Source: Mizuhopecten yessoensis | Lineage: Eukaryota | NCBI RefSeq assembly: GCF_002113885.1 | Contig: NW_018404481.1 | Span: 1,435,710-1,499,709, forward strand | Direction of reading: 5' to 3' | Length of the DNA: 64,000 bases | Part shown: positions 13,801 through 26,950 of the stretch, in pieces | Position numbering within the stretch: position 1 is the stretch's first letter | How the letters are laid out: the number at the start of each line of letters is the position of its first letter | Program-made: the position numbers and the translations under genes | Notes under the pieces: model-generated | Database searches by the model: none | What the model was told of the DNA's origin: nothing | What the model saw: the letters and a program-made list of their open reading frames with translations, nothing else

Positions 13801-16800
13801 CGCCCAACAGGCACATATACGGCAATAGGGTGGTGATCTCTACCCTTTTATGTTAAGACCTAGGGATTTCATCCCCAGGGCAAAGGCTAGACAGAATTAT
13901 CACTAGCTGAGGATGCTTCCAACAAAATATGGTTGATATTCACCTAATTGTTCCAGAGGAAAAGTCACTTAAAGGAGTATGGCCAAATTACTGCGACATT
14001 TTGTAATTATGCAGTACAGAAGAAGTGGGTTGAAAAAGTTGTTGATAATCAGATGAACGACAATCTGACTGATGCTCTGGTGCAGGATAAGCTTGCTTTA
14101 GCCTTTTGGACCAGGTGAGATGAAAATTTATTCCATGCAATGGCCCAACAATGTTGCATTCCATTTTACAATCAAATGAATATATCAAACTGTATCCTTC
14201 CTATATACGACAGCAGATGATAGATGCTGGGCCCTGACATAAGTTCACAAGATCATAGTGTCAGATGAGCTAAAATATATTAATCTACAATGAAATAATT
14301 TCATAAATAACATGAAATAGAAATCATGCAATACAGTGAATCAGAATATTTTGTCTGCACTCCCATTCTGCATTACAGGAATACAAACTCGGACAACAAA
14401 TCTACCCCCCACCCCCACCCCCAACACCACCACCAGGCCTGTTCCTACTCTTCCCTCCTAATACAGATCTAGATGTAGGGGTAACTTACAAATAGTTTTC
14501 AGTGAATTCCTCAAATCCCACTAATGGCCTCCTCATACAGAAATAGAAAAATTTCACCAGGTCGTGCAAGAAGTAGCTTTCTGGGCTGTTAACAGGAAGA
14601 AAACACAAATCACTGACGGGTCTTAAATGCATATACATGTATTACAGTCAAACATTGATGTTTTGATCTTTGTAACCAACGGGGAAAATTAGAAACATTG
14701 ATACATTGATTCGCGAATGTTGATCTTCGAACATCTATGAGATCTAGTTTATTTAATTTGATATCTATAAATATTGTTTCATGTAATTATATATTATAAT
14801 TTGCATGTTTAGGTGTTAAACTTAAAATGACCCCATGACATGTCAATGTTCTCAGGAAATTGTTTTACTTTGATTTGTTAGCTGTAATTTTCAATGTTTC
14901 CTTAACAATTGGACCGTGATTGTTGTTCGAAACTGAGATAAATTTTGACCAGGTGAGTTAAAAATGAATTTAAAACAGTTTCGGTTTCTGAACCTACCCA
15001 AGGGCTTCATATATCTGGCCTCTGGCCTCTGGTTTTCCTAGAGCAGAGATGACACCATCTACCACGTCTGAGCCCTGAAACACAAAAAATACTGAAGTTA
15101 TATAGAAAATTTGATACAGATTTGAATTCACTTTTCAGCTACTGGTACATAAACCACAGTAGGTATTTAACTCATTCAACCCTGAAGACACATTTTAACT
15201 CTTCCAATTCAAAGATGGGAATAGTTCATTATGATATTTCAGGGGTGAATGAGTTAAATACCTACTTCATTTAGTTCATTTTTATGAGAAGCTGTCATCA
15301 TGTTTATTTATCAGGTTTAAATAGATTACAAACGAAATGAACCAATATTGAATTTTAAGGGCAGCAAACCATTAGATAAATAGCTAAAATTTGTTTAATA
15401 AAATTGCAAACTTACAAAGACTGGCATCTTAATGGTTTCCTTTCCTTGCTTCCATAGTTTAATTTTATATTCACATCGTTTGCCCAAACCTGTAAAGAAA
15501 AATATAAATCACCTGGTGCAAAATCACTCATATGATACACAGAGCATTTTATTACCGACATCTGTTATAATTATCGCTCCTTATAATAAGCGGACACATA
15601 TATATATGGTATATGTATATTCAAATTTTAGCTACATATGCAGTGATCAATCTGCAATTATTTTCACGGGTCCTTTAATTTTCAACTGTATTTCTAAAAC
15701 AATTGATCCCACAATGTTAGATTCAAGTATTTCCAAAAATTCTTCGAGTCCCATCAGAATGCTATGAGTACAGGACTCAGGACCTGTATGCAGATTTATC
15801 ACTGCATATGAAAAAATACAGCTGCCCTACCATGCCACGATGAATGACTATGGTTAATCATAATTATGAATTAGCTATTTTGACTAAGTTGAGGAGTCAA
15901 TTTTTGCCTGTAAACATGAAATTAAATGTACCCTGCAGGACATAATAACCGGGAATATCCCACTAATCTTTAATAATTCAAAGGTTCTTATAAACCGCTT
16001 CATCACAACCAAGTGTGTAGGTCATCTCAAAGCGGTTCACAAATTACTATCCGTGGTTATAGAAAACTTAACTTCAATCAAAGAATAGCGTTCATCAGGA
16101 TTTTATTTCATTTGGTACTTAATTTGACGAATTAGCGACAGATCTTGAGTTACAATACGATCATACAGCTTCTTATACATAGACTAAAAATATATTTTAC
16201 CACAATGTATTTCACATTGATATGATGCTGATATAGAGGCAGCAATGCCTGCGTCCATGAATATCCTATTTAAACATTTTAAATTAACAAAAGTGATGGT
16301 AAATTTAACAGTATCAATCCACAAGAATCACTTACATATCAAACTATAAAAGTATTCCTAGCATAGACATGTGTTATGTTCAAGAGTTAGTGAGAAAAAA
16401 CGGTCAGGTTTACTTAAAGGTACTTGAATGGCAGCCTATTTGGTATTGTTTAGAGTTTAGTCATATCAATTTCTTTTGGCAAAATTACAAATAATAATAA
16501 TAATTCAAGGTTCTTATATACCGCTTTATCACAATCTGGTTCGTATGTCGTCTCAAAGCGGTTCACACATTATTATCCGTGTTTATAGGGCTTTGCAACC
16601 AGCCAGTATCTTTCTCAACACCCACGGGAGCATAGTCATCGCTGCCATTTCGGCACTCACAGCTAGCATTCAACAATTCTAGCACTGCCCAACCATGTAC
16701 TCATTTACAGCTGAGTAGACTGGAACAAGCAGAGTAAAGTATCTTGTTCAAAGATACAACACAGTGCCGTGATGCGACTCGAACCTGCAACCTTTCGATC

Positions 16801-19800
16801 ATGAACCCGGCGCCCTTCCACTAGACTAGCTACCGTGTCTTCATCTTTCTAATGCAAGGAACATTCCCTTCTTCGAGGTTTGTCCTAACTAAACAATTTG
16901 GAATCAATGTTTTTCCTAGTCTTGGAACTTTTTGTCGATAACGTTTACTTACCAATGTAGTAAAACTTTCTCAAGAATCGATCACTGTCTCCGAACATGA
17001 TTGCTGGCCGGAATACAATGGCCTCAGGAAATTCTTCTCGAACAGCAAGTTCACCATAATACTACAAAATCAAATTGTGTGTTCTTACGTTTACAGGGGT
17101 GTTACTTCAAAAGGACAAAAGTTTTGGGAGAAACTGAAACAATTTCATATGTTGACTATTACGAAGTTGTTTTATGATGCAAATCTGGCATAAAATGCCT
17201 TTAATGTGCATTGTACAAGTGGATGTCGTAAGCTTTACAATAAGATCGGTTTGGCGATTATTTCACTGTATTATTATAAACATATCTTTTGAATTCTATT
17301 TCACTGGTGGTATATATGGAAAGCTCAGAACTGAGTATATATATATATTGATACTTGAAAAATAATCATCATCAAACTTTTTGTCCTTCCAATAATTTTT
17401 AACTCTTTCACCACTGTAAACCATAATGGACTCATCCAGATCAATGCATAGTAGAGTCCACTAAAGTTACATAGGGTTGAAAGGGTTAAGTACTCATTAT
17501 GCTAATTAACTTTTGAACAACAAGGCTCTTAGTCTTATGTATGTCTATCGTATATTTTCTTCTTGGCAAACACTATATTCCTTCTTTGATATTATACATG
17601 ACCAATCATTAAGGGAAAGTGCCCTCTCACACAGAGAAAACAGTCCCTGCAATGGTCCAATCTACACCTTAAAACCTCAACTATCTCTAGATTTTTTATT
17701 TTATTTTTAATTTTGCACATTTTTTGTTTTCAGATGACTTTGAATCCAATAAAGTAATAAAACAAAAGCCTTTTATCAGTCACTTCATTTTGAAATAATC
17801 TACCAAACATATGAAACTGGAATAAAATTAACTCACGAGTTTGAAGCAAACAGTAATGTAAAATCATTTAAAACATTTATGTCTGCAATTTGTCTTTGCT
17901 CTGACTAGTCTTTCCCACCTAAATTCAATTTCTCAACTTTTGAGATTGTAAAAGAATCATCATGGAAAAATTACTGGGAGATTGTCCAATAATTTAAGTA
18001 ATAAACAGGTTTTTTTTCAATTAGGACTTGGCTGGTGTATTAAAATGAGCTAAGAATTATGAAACTATTTGAACAGTTTGCTCACAATCTTATAAACCAA
18101 TTTGAGTGGGATAAATTTGCAGTATATTTCTTACTTTCGCCTTTAGAAATTCTGTTCCTTCTGGTGTAATCAGCTTTTCTGGGTCTGGGCTTGCCATTAG
18201 ATGTGAAAAGTGTACGAGATTCGTCACTCCCTCTTCTCTACATAGCCGAGCAATGTTCCTAGCTCCAGTTATATGCACATCTTCCAGGGAGAACCTCCTG
18301 TGTATCAAAGAATACTTATAAATCGTATGAGCTACAGGCCAGATCTAACTTAAAGGGACATCACGTGAAGAGCCATATTTTTTTTAATGAATGTATGTGT
18401 TGCATGCACTTCCACTTATGGTACCCGGAGAGGAGCGCCGTCAGGAAACTACAACTTCTTTACCGCACTATGAAACCAAGGAATATGATTTCTAAGTTTG
18501 TGTTGGAACTTATTGAATACCCTTAGCAGTAATTATGCATCATCAGAAGTTAATTGCACACATGCCAATATTCAAAATTTAAATGAAGAAATATTTGTGG
18601 GCATCTCAGCATTATTTATAGAAACAGTGCTCTGGTTTATAAAGTGAAAGTCTTTTCATGACCACATCAAACTTAATTATCATTCTTTTATGCATTAATT
18701 CCAAATCATATTGTCGCAATCAAATGTACTTTATGGGTTTCACATTTACCCAAAAGTATGTATGGCTACGTACAGTATTAAGCCAATGATCCCTGATCTT
18801 TTGATCAGTATCTACCAATATGTTGAAAATTCATAAATATATGAGACAAGCTGGGGATGGGGGGTGAGAGGGTGTGTGGTTAATTTATATACAGTTATGC
18901 TTCAAGATTATGGAATCTCGTTTTGTTGAAATTGTTTGGGTCAGGGATAAAGTCGTTGATAACTAGTTTTCATCTGAGTGAAGATCCCTTACTTTGTGGG
19001 GTAGTCCTTATGTATAACATTGATGACAGTGTCGGAGTACTGTAAGGCCCTTCTGATCGAGTCTTCATCCTTCAAGTCAAATGGCTGAAATAAAACGAAT
19101 GACATCAGTAACTGTAATTTAATCGCCATTAGGGTGGGACAATACCTCTAGCATGTGGCTAGTCCCATTTGATATCAGGACTAGTGAAAAATTTTCATTA
19201 TTTATTATGGGAACATAGGTTTGGAAAGTAGAATTTTGTAAAATCTGCCATCGGGCTAGTACAAAGTTTGGAAGCTTTACTTTAACTTATGTTAATGCTG
19301 TAATATACTTCTGTGTTCATACTAATCCTTAAATGACCATAGCTGTTGATAGGGCGTTAAACAATACTAAACTAATCTCTATCAAACAAAGGTGAAATAA
19401 TTAAAAGGCGACCCTATATATTTATATAATGTCAACATTAATTTATTGCCTGGTGAGACTTACAGACTTATTATTAAATGAGACAGATTGATACATGCCA
19501 AAACCTAGTAAACCTATACTGTCCTATAGATTGCAATATTCTGAATTTCATTCATATTTTTACTTTTGAAATGCAGCATTCCATAGCCATTTAAGCTAAA
19601 TCTGACACACCTTTTTAACTTTTTTCTTCAGACGCACTTACGGTATTACTCTGGAATCACAGTTTTAACCTTTTTCACCCCTGTATACCATAATGGGCTC
19701 ATCCAGATCAATGCATGGGAGAGTCTACTAAAGCTGCATAGGGGTGAAAGGGTTAAAATTCTATTTCCATACCCATGTATTTCCTTAAATGTACGGAAAG

Positions 19801-22800
19801 ATGAACAGATCCTTTACTTACCATGAACTGTGTCTGTCCCAGATCTGAGGCTACCTTGAGGTGCTGGGCTCGGTACGCTTCGCCCCTGTAGGGTATGACG
19901 ATCTTACTGCCATTCTTACCTACACAAACAAGATCACGAGACATCATAATAAGCGAAATACTTATGAAACCAGGAGCAGCATATATGGATAAATATATAA
20001 ATGCAGTATGCAGGGTTAGACACTAACAATTTTCCTTACCTAGTCTAAAAGACAAGTTAAGAAATTAAACAACTAGTCATTGGTTGGTTTTACTTGTCCT
20101 TGCCTATGTAAATGCCGGGAATGGATCAGTATCAGATAAGGGAGAGGGTGGTGGAAATATAACTAGTCCGCAGGACTAAGGGCTATGGAACATTTACGAG
20201 TCCTTCTTATTGTTTAAACTAGTCCAGGACTAATGCACTAGTATTAGTGTGGACCCTGATATGTAGCTTACAAATGAACTTAAAAAGCTGATACATGTGT
20301 ATTAAAATATAAAATAATAAAATAAAAATACCTTTGAAAGTATTTTTCTATATAATATGTATGTAAAAATAAACTGTGATATGTCTGTCATGCTTTGTAA
20401 CAATCTGTCAAAAATCCATAACTGCCAAGTGACCCGATTTTGTCGGGTACCACCCGAAATTTTAGCCCTTCACTCGCTTTCATATTAAACTACAAACGCT
20501 GGGTTACGATTTTGACCCAGATTTTGTCAATTTTACCCGTTTAATGATTAATCATCAGAATCAATAATCGGTTCGTAATCAAAAGGTAGCTAATCATGCA
20601 TAATCAGTTCATAGTTTTATGGGACTGAATCCAAATAAAGCGAGAACACTACTGTTACATAGGTTTTCTATTTTTTAGATAAATAGATAATAACCAACCA
20701 GTGTTTTGTTTTTGTTTATTTGGGACAAAGGTTGTTAGCACGCTCATTAGTCAAAGATCGATTATGACATAATATATATATATCTGTATATGTTATGTCA
20801 TAATCTATATATATATCTATATATATTATGTCGTAATCTATATCTATTTATATATATTATGTCATAATCGATATCTATTTATATATATATATTATGTCAT
20901 AATCGATCTTTGACTAATGAGCGTGCTAAACACCTTTGTTTGGGATGAAGCCTAGCTTTTTGTGAGAAGAAAATATTCAAACCAAGAATGAAAGTTTTCA
21001 GGAGTAAACTGAAAAATTTGGGAATTAGGCATAAACATGAAATATTTCATAAACAGTAATTATCTTCAATGAAGAATGGGGTCATTATTGGCCCAAAAAT
21101 GTCCCCAGATAAAACACTGCCAACATCTATGCAGCTTTTCTTCTTTTTTTCTTTCTTTCTTTCAACATTACCATCGAACATACATGAAAATAGAAAAAAT
21201 AAATAGCTTTCAATACACATACCTGTACAATGCACATTGTATACATTTGATTCTTGGGTGAAGCTCATATACTGATCATATTATATATGATGGAATTCGC
21301 AATCGATAATTGGAATCAGAAAGGCAAACAACATATTTTCAATCATAACCAATCGTCAACCCATCACTATTTCTAATAATTACACGTGTAGCATGCATAT
21401 TTATTACAGGTTCATTGTAACATTACATATTTTCTAACATAATTATATAATACAGCATATACATGTATATCATACCCAATCTGTTGATAAGCTTTGTTCC
21501 TATGAAACCAGTTGCACCAAATACTGTAACAACATGTCCACTGAAGGAGGAGCGTCCGCCTCTTCCTCTACGGATGTTAGCCAGTTGACTGGAATCCCTG
21601 TGCTGGACTAAGTACACTCCACCTACAGCTCGAGGTATGTGCAACCCTGAAATACACAACTTTTTGTTTTTTAACTCATTCACCCCTACATATTTAAATT
21701 GGGACTTGTCCCGTCTATGATTTGGTAAGGTTCAAATGCATATATATATATACAGAGAGAGAGATTTCTATAATACTGAAACATCTGGGCTAGACTTATA
21801 GCAGATGAAGTGGTCAAAATAAAACTTATGACTTAGGAAGATGAGGTCACTAAACAAAACCCTACATATCTTTTTGATATCTTCTCTTATACAAGAGGCC
21901 CAGAGGGCCTGTATTGCTCACCAAGATAATAAAGCAACCATGGGAAATTATTCTTATTACATAAAATCCTTCCGATGGTACAGAAGAAGAATTTAAAGAC
22001 TTTTACTTCAAATTTCCCTTTTAAGCCCCACGCCTCTGCAACCAAAGGGGCCACATCCATTATTTATACAAGACTACGACCCCTAAGCCAAAGGATGCTC
22101 CAGGAAAAATTTGGATAAAACCCCTCAAACAGTATAGAAGGAGAACGATTTTAAAGATTTAAACCTCGAGTTTCTCCTTTTGAGGCCTGCCCCTCTACAC
22201 CCAAAAGGGCCACACCCAAGGACCAAAGGCATCCCCCTGGTCCAAGGATGCTCCAGACTAATTGACGTTAAAATCTGTTTATCCGTACGGTAGAAGAGGT
22301 ATTTTAAAGGTTTTATCTCTATTTCCCCTATTGGGAGTCGCCTCTCTGCCCCGAGGGGGTCAAACCGCCAGTTAAACAAAATCAGGTGCCCTTGGCCCAA
22401 AGATGCTTCAGACTACATTGGGATGAAATCCCTTTATCCCTACGGTAGAAGAAGGGTTTTAAAGGTTTTATCTCTATTTCCCCTATTGGTTGTTGCCCCT
22501 CTGCCTCCAGGGGGGAGCAACACCCACCATTTATACAAAACTGAGTGCCCTTGGTCTGAGGATGCTCCAGATCCAAAATCCTTTAATCCCTAAGGATTTC
22601 AAAGGTTTTACCTTTATTTCCCCAATTGGGCCCTGCCCCTCTGCCCCCAGGGGGGCCAAACCCATCGTTTAATTTATACAAAATTAAGTCCCCTTGGTCC
22701 AAGGATGCTCCATACTAAATTGGGATCAAATATCAAAATCCCTACGATAGAAGAAGGATTTTAAAGGGTTTACCTCTATTTCCCCTATCGGGCCCCGTTC

Positions 22801-23833
22801 CTCTACCCCCAGGAGGGCCACGTGCGCACACCCACTGTTTATACAAAATCGAATGGCCTTGGCCTAAGGATGATTCAGACCAAATTTAGTCAAAATCTAC
22901 TTTGACGACGAATGACAGACGACGGATGCTGCAGTATAACATATCTCCTTCACAGTAGTCACATTCCAGATTGGGAAACTTAAGATGGCCCGGAACATGA
23001 TCACATCAAACATTTTACACAATTTCTCCTGTTGTGACTTGTAAAAAGTCTTCAGGTTTACGCTGTAATAACTGAAGAGCACATATAACTAATACTCCTA
23101 TAACATAAGAAGCCTTTTCTCTATTGGATATGATTTTGCCGACTGGGACACGGCGCCTGTAACTATCTGCTGGATATATAATGAAAAATACCAGGTTTCT
23201 ATTGAAAATGTCTCAGCCCGACCAGGAGGACATGCAATGGTATCATTTTCAAAGCCTTAAAGAACAGTCACGCTCATTATCTTGTATTTTCCCATGTATA
23301 TATACATGTTGACACAACCGCTCGAAGTGCTCATTCACTTGCTTCCTGCAGCATGTCTTTAACTGTCTGCTATAACATCAAAATTGTGTCACAATATCAA
23401 AATATCAATTTTTAACTGTACTTCATACTTCATTTTTGAAAGGCAAATAAATGTTACATATGCAAAGCAAACAAAATAAAATAAGGCAAAGATTTATGAG
23501 GTTATAATGTAAATCACCCAAGATGTAAAACTATCAATTAACAAATATCGCAGACTAGCAAAAGCTACACTCTTTTCGGGCTTTTAAGTTGGAAGGCCTA
23601 GGTCATTTCCAGCAATAAATATTGGAAGTGACAGCAGCGAACGGCTAAATCACATTCGAGATTTAACAAGAGCGAAGCACGATCAAACTTGCATCTAATT
23701 ATATAAATTTCAAAATAAATGTGTTGTTAAGAACATAATAGAAAATCGTGTTTGCGTTTTTCATTCAAACGATCATAAGTCTGCTCAACTTACTTCCAAG
23801 GAGAGCGACCTGACCTACGGTCATGGCAGCCAT
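10834..23833 (-). CDS. NDUFA9: NADH dehydrogenase [ubiquinone] 1 alpha subcomplex subunit 9 (~410 aa); exons 23794-23833, 21476-21646, 19822-19919, 18993-19084, 18135-18297, 16953-17061, 15416-15489, 14998-15074, 14490-14585, 13071-13146, 10834-11070
   Basis: Diagnostic [95 protein letters not shown] and [10 protein letters not shown]. All 10 introns are GT-AG and phases sum to 1233 nt without a frameshift. Confidence 0.93.
11619..12130. repeat. 49-50-bp minisatellite, ~10 copies, in the last NDUFA9 intron
   Basis: Unit CCCTTCTCATTGGATTTTTATGTATACATGTATTATATAATATTGTTTT. Confidence 0.92.
12390..12510. repeat. Inverted-repeat end of an unclassified DNA element
   Basis: AGGATCTTACA...TTTCATATGA / TCATATGAAA...TGTAAGATCCT. 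Confidence 0.55.
12732..12846. mobile_element. PIF/Harbinger-like MITE (CTG TSD)
   Basis: CTG-GCCCCATTTGTATAAA ... TTTATACAAGTGGGGC-CTG. Confidence 0.65.
13429..13519. mobile_element. piggyBac-like micro-MITE family B
   Basis: TTAA-CCCTTTCA...TGAAAGGG-TTAA, ~83 bp. Other copies at 17399, 19665, 25752, 57236 and partial 10271. Confidence 0.8.
15167..15257. mobile_element. piggyBac-like micro-MITE family A
   Basis: TTAA-CTCATTCA(A)CCCTGAA...TTCAGGGGTGAATGAG-TTAA. Other copies at 49316, 50116, 56989, 58118 and 59030. Confidence 0.8.
16492..16840 (-). mobile_element. tRNA-derived CORE-domain SINE
   Basis: Minus strand has A-box/B-box (GGTTCGAGTC), CORE-like TGTATCTTTGAACAAGATACTTTAC...CTCAGCTGTAAATGAGTAC and a (TTA)n tail. 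A tail-only copy lies at ~15970-16060. Confidence 0.7.
17399..17489. mobile_element. piggyBac-like micro-MITE family B
   Basis: Aligns to 13429-13519, TTAA flanks. Confidence 0.8.
19665..19756. mobile_element. piggyBac-like micro-MITE family B
   Basis: Aligns to 13429-13519, TTAA flanks. Confidence 0.8.
20011..20258. mobile_element. hAT-like MITE
   Basis: TIR CAGGGTTAGACACTAA / TTAGTGTGGACCCTG, internal ACTAGTCC repeats, flanks GTATG/ATATG. Confidence 0.6.
20726..20938. mobile_element. Foldback MITE, P/Galileo-like (7-bp TSD)
   Basis: ~55-bp TIRs CAAAGG..TTAGCACGCTCATTAGTCAAAGATCGATTATGACATAATATA. TSD TTTGGGA at 20719-20725 and 20939-20945. Confidence 0.75.
21891..22960 (-). mobile_element. 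Helentron-associated (HINE-like) element with internal ~140-160-bp tandem units
   Basis: ACAAGAGGCCCAGAGGGCCT stem-loop and GCTCACC subterminal repeat at left, ~6 units containing CCAAGGATGCTCCA, and a GACGACG/GACAGACG microsatellite at right. Confidence 0.75.
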
Positions 23834-24028
23834 TTTTGCTGGAAGGACGTCTGTAGCGTACAAGCGTTTGAATGTCAAGAATACGCAAAGCTTTATTTTG
23901 AGCGTCTAAACAACTTGTGAATAACTTCCGGTGAACACAACAGCGCTCGACGACTGATTGACGAACACAAGAAACAAATAATTCCCCTACATATCCAGAG
24001 TATTGGACAACTCATATTTAATTGATAG
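23826..24028. promoter_or_regulatory. Putative bidirectional promoter shared by NDUFA9 and TXNL4A, including the non-coding first exon of TXNL4A
   Basis: NDUFA9 ATG at 23833 (-) lies in a YY1-like AAAATGGCTGCC. ETS/GABP-type ACTTCCGGT at 23924-23932. Donor AG|GTAAAG after 24028 pairs with acceptor TTTCAG at 25187, just upstream of the TXNL4A ATG. Confidence 0.6.
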
Positions 24029-25215
24029 GTAAAGCATTATTTATTTCATGTTAATGATATCGTAATCGCTTAGGGCAAATTGAATGAGGGACACACTTGA
24101 AATTAGCGGCCGCCAAAACAAAGTTGAGGGGAGGGGGGGGGTATTTCGCCCTAGTACACATGTAACGATCTTAATGAAAAAAAGACTTCTGGGAGACATA
24201 GGAAAACTTCAAGTGAGATTTGATTAGCCATACCAAGGACACGGAATTAGATTATCAAAGTCTAGCCATGCACCACAAAACAAAACATGACTAAAACGTT
24301 TCAGCCTAAAAAAATAGTTGTTTGTGATAGTAAGGGCGATTTTGGATAAATAAATAACCCATTTATCGATATACTTGACTGAGGTATGTGTTGTGTCATA
24401 GCAACAGACTCACAGAGTTAATTCCTGTCAAGGAAGATAATGAGTAGATTTTTGTTGTCAGCATCTCAAATTAAAACTCTCCGATACCACAAATTCTGTG
24501 CTGATCAATACCAAACGGTGTCCAGAGATTTTGACGTTTTAATAGAGAAGTGTGGTCCCACATCATACATATATCTGTGAAAATGTCTAAGTCTGGTGTC
24601 GTGACCAGAGGAAACTCGGGCTACCTAAAAATGATCGGTCGCCGGGTGAGACAGATAATAAACATGAGATTTGCTTTGAGTCGAGGGTAGGTAATTTCAG
24701 AATCTTGCCCCCATGATTAAGATTCCTCCAAATACGTTTTACAGAGATAAGTCTGCATAGGAATTGATGAACACTGTACATGTATACTTTTAACTTAGCA
24801 TTAATTATATATATAACCCTGTCATCAAAGTGTTGACACTTTTCAATTTAATGTGCAACCAAAATGTCAAAAAGTTTCGAGTATAAAAATAGTATCAACA
24901 CATTGACAAAAGCTAGGAGCTTATATTACAGTGATGTTAATTACAGCGAAAGATGACCCTCATGTCACATTATTGTTTTTGACTATTCCAAAATGTTTAA
25001 ACCAATTATCAGCAGATGAAGACACATTTGACCTCTTCCAATTCAAAGGTTGGAATAGATCATTATGATATTTCCATATTTCCATTTCGAGTGAATAATT
25101 GAAGAAAAAATGTGTATGAAGTCAGTCAAAAGTCACTATGACTGTCGAATATAGCTTTAATTGTCATTCATGAATTTCTTGTTTCAGGGTTTGAAGTAAA
25201 AAAAAAAAGAGGAAG

Positions 25216-25644
25216 ATGTCGTACATGTTGCAGCATCTGCACAATGGATGGCAAGTGGACCAGGCCATCCTAGCGGAGGAGGACAGGGTGGTTGTGATCA
25301 GATTCGGCCACGATTGGGACCCCTCGTGTATGGTAATGGACGAAACGCTGTACAAATGTGCCGAGAAAATGAAAAACTTTGCGACAGTGTATCTGGTTGA
25401 CATTACAAAGGTGCCAGACTTTAACAAAATGTACGAGTTGTACGACCCGTGTACAATCATGTTCTTCTACAGGAACAAACACATCATGATAGATTTGGGC
25501 ACAGGAAACAACAACAAAATCAACTGGTCGATGGAGGACGTGCAGGAGTTTATTGACATTGTCGAGACCGTATTCCGCGGTGCTAGAAAAGGACGTGGTC
25601 TGGTGGTGTCCCCGAAAGATTACTCAACAAAATACAGATACTGA
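25216..25644 (+). CDS. TXNL4A: Thioredoxin-like protein 4A (Dim1, U5 snRNP 15 kDa protein), 142 aa, single coding exon
   Basis: Near-invariant Dim1 sequence MSYMLQHLHNGWQVDQAILAEEDRVVVIRFGHDWDP...GRGLVVSPKDYSTKYRY. AATAAA at 26236-26241. Confidence 0.98.
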   Translation: MSYMLQHLHNGWQVDQAILAEEDRVVVIRFGHDWDPSCMVMDETLYKCAEKMKNFATVYLVDITKVPDFNKMYELYDPCTIMFFYRNKHIMIDLGTGNNNKINWSMEDVQEFIDIVETVFRGARKGRGLVVSPKDYSTKYRY

Positions 25645-25751
25645 TCATATACTTATATAGATCTTCTCATTCTCATTTTAGTTCTGTATGTATGTCAGTT
25701 TGAAATGTTGTGTTTGGTGCAATTATTTCATGTTTTGGGGGGGGGGGGGTT

Positions 25752-25842
25752 TTAACCCTTTCACCCCTATGTAACTTTCGTAGACTCTACCATGCATTGA
25801 TCTGGATGAGTCCATTTTGGTCTACAGTGGTGAAAGGGTTAA
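25752..25842. mobile_element. piggyBac-like micro-MITE family B in the TXNL4A 3'UTR
   Basis: Reverse orientation copy with TTAA flanks, between the stop codon and the AATAAA at 26236. Confidence 0.8.
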
Positions 25843-26484
25843 GGAGGGAAAAAATCATGAATGATGATCCGAAAGTTGAGTTTCTGCAACATTATCACTG
25901 TTCCATATTCTTTTACAGATTTTGATAATCTCGGCAAAAACATTTTTTATCAATAAGTCTTTTAAATTTTGGATGTAAACAGTTTTAACAAACACACAGG
26001 CTAAAAGTTTACCAATGTATGTACAATGGATACAAGGAAGGAACTCGATTTCTGGTTATTAATGCAAAATGTTTTATAAAGACCGAGATTTTGGACTTTA
26101 ATTAGCAATCTGAAGTCCGTCAGCAATATATTTGTACATGTATGCTGTATATCAATGAGAAAATATCTAAAAGTGATGCAAAGATTATGAGTGTCATGAG
26201 ATATCTTGCATGGTAATAACTGCATTGTATCAATCAATAAATTGTGAAATATTGAATAGCTTTATTTTTCTTCAATCAGCAATGAAAGATATATTTTAAT
26301 GAAGAAAGTAGTATTAAGACACCACATTATTGACTTCAAACAGTGGATGAAATGAACAATAAACTTATGTTTGAAAGGAATGCTGAAATTAAACAGCATT
26401 CAACATAAATATTCTAAAAGTCTGGAATTTCTTTTGCAAACTCTGGCTTGATAGGTAGAGGTACAAGCACCATCTGAATCGAGC

Positions 26485-26950
26485 ATCTTACCACCAAACA
26501 CAAATACATTTGGACCATCCTCTCACTCTTACCACCAAAACACATATTCTTAACATCCTTTCACGCTAACCACCAAAACATACATTCTAACCATCCTCTC
26601 ACCCTTACCACCAAAACATTCATTCTTACCATCCTTACCACCAAACATACATTCTTACCATCCTCTCATCCTTACCATCAAAACATACATTCTTACCATC
26701 CTCTCACCCTTACCTCCAAAACATACATTCTAACCATCCTCTCACCCTTACAACCAAAACATACATACTTACCATCCTTTCACCCTTACCACCAAAACAT
26801 TCATTCTTACCATCCTTACCATGCAACATTCATTCTTACCATCCTTACACCATTACCACCAAAACATACATACTTACCATCCTTTCACCCTTACCACCAA
26901 AACATACACTTTTACCATCCTCTCATCCTTACCATCAAAACATACATTCT
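26485..26950. repeat. 38-bp minisatellite, left arm
   Basis: Unit CATACATTCTTACCATCCTCTCACCCTTACCACCAAAA. Confidence 0.92.
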
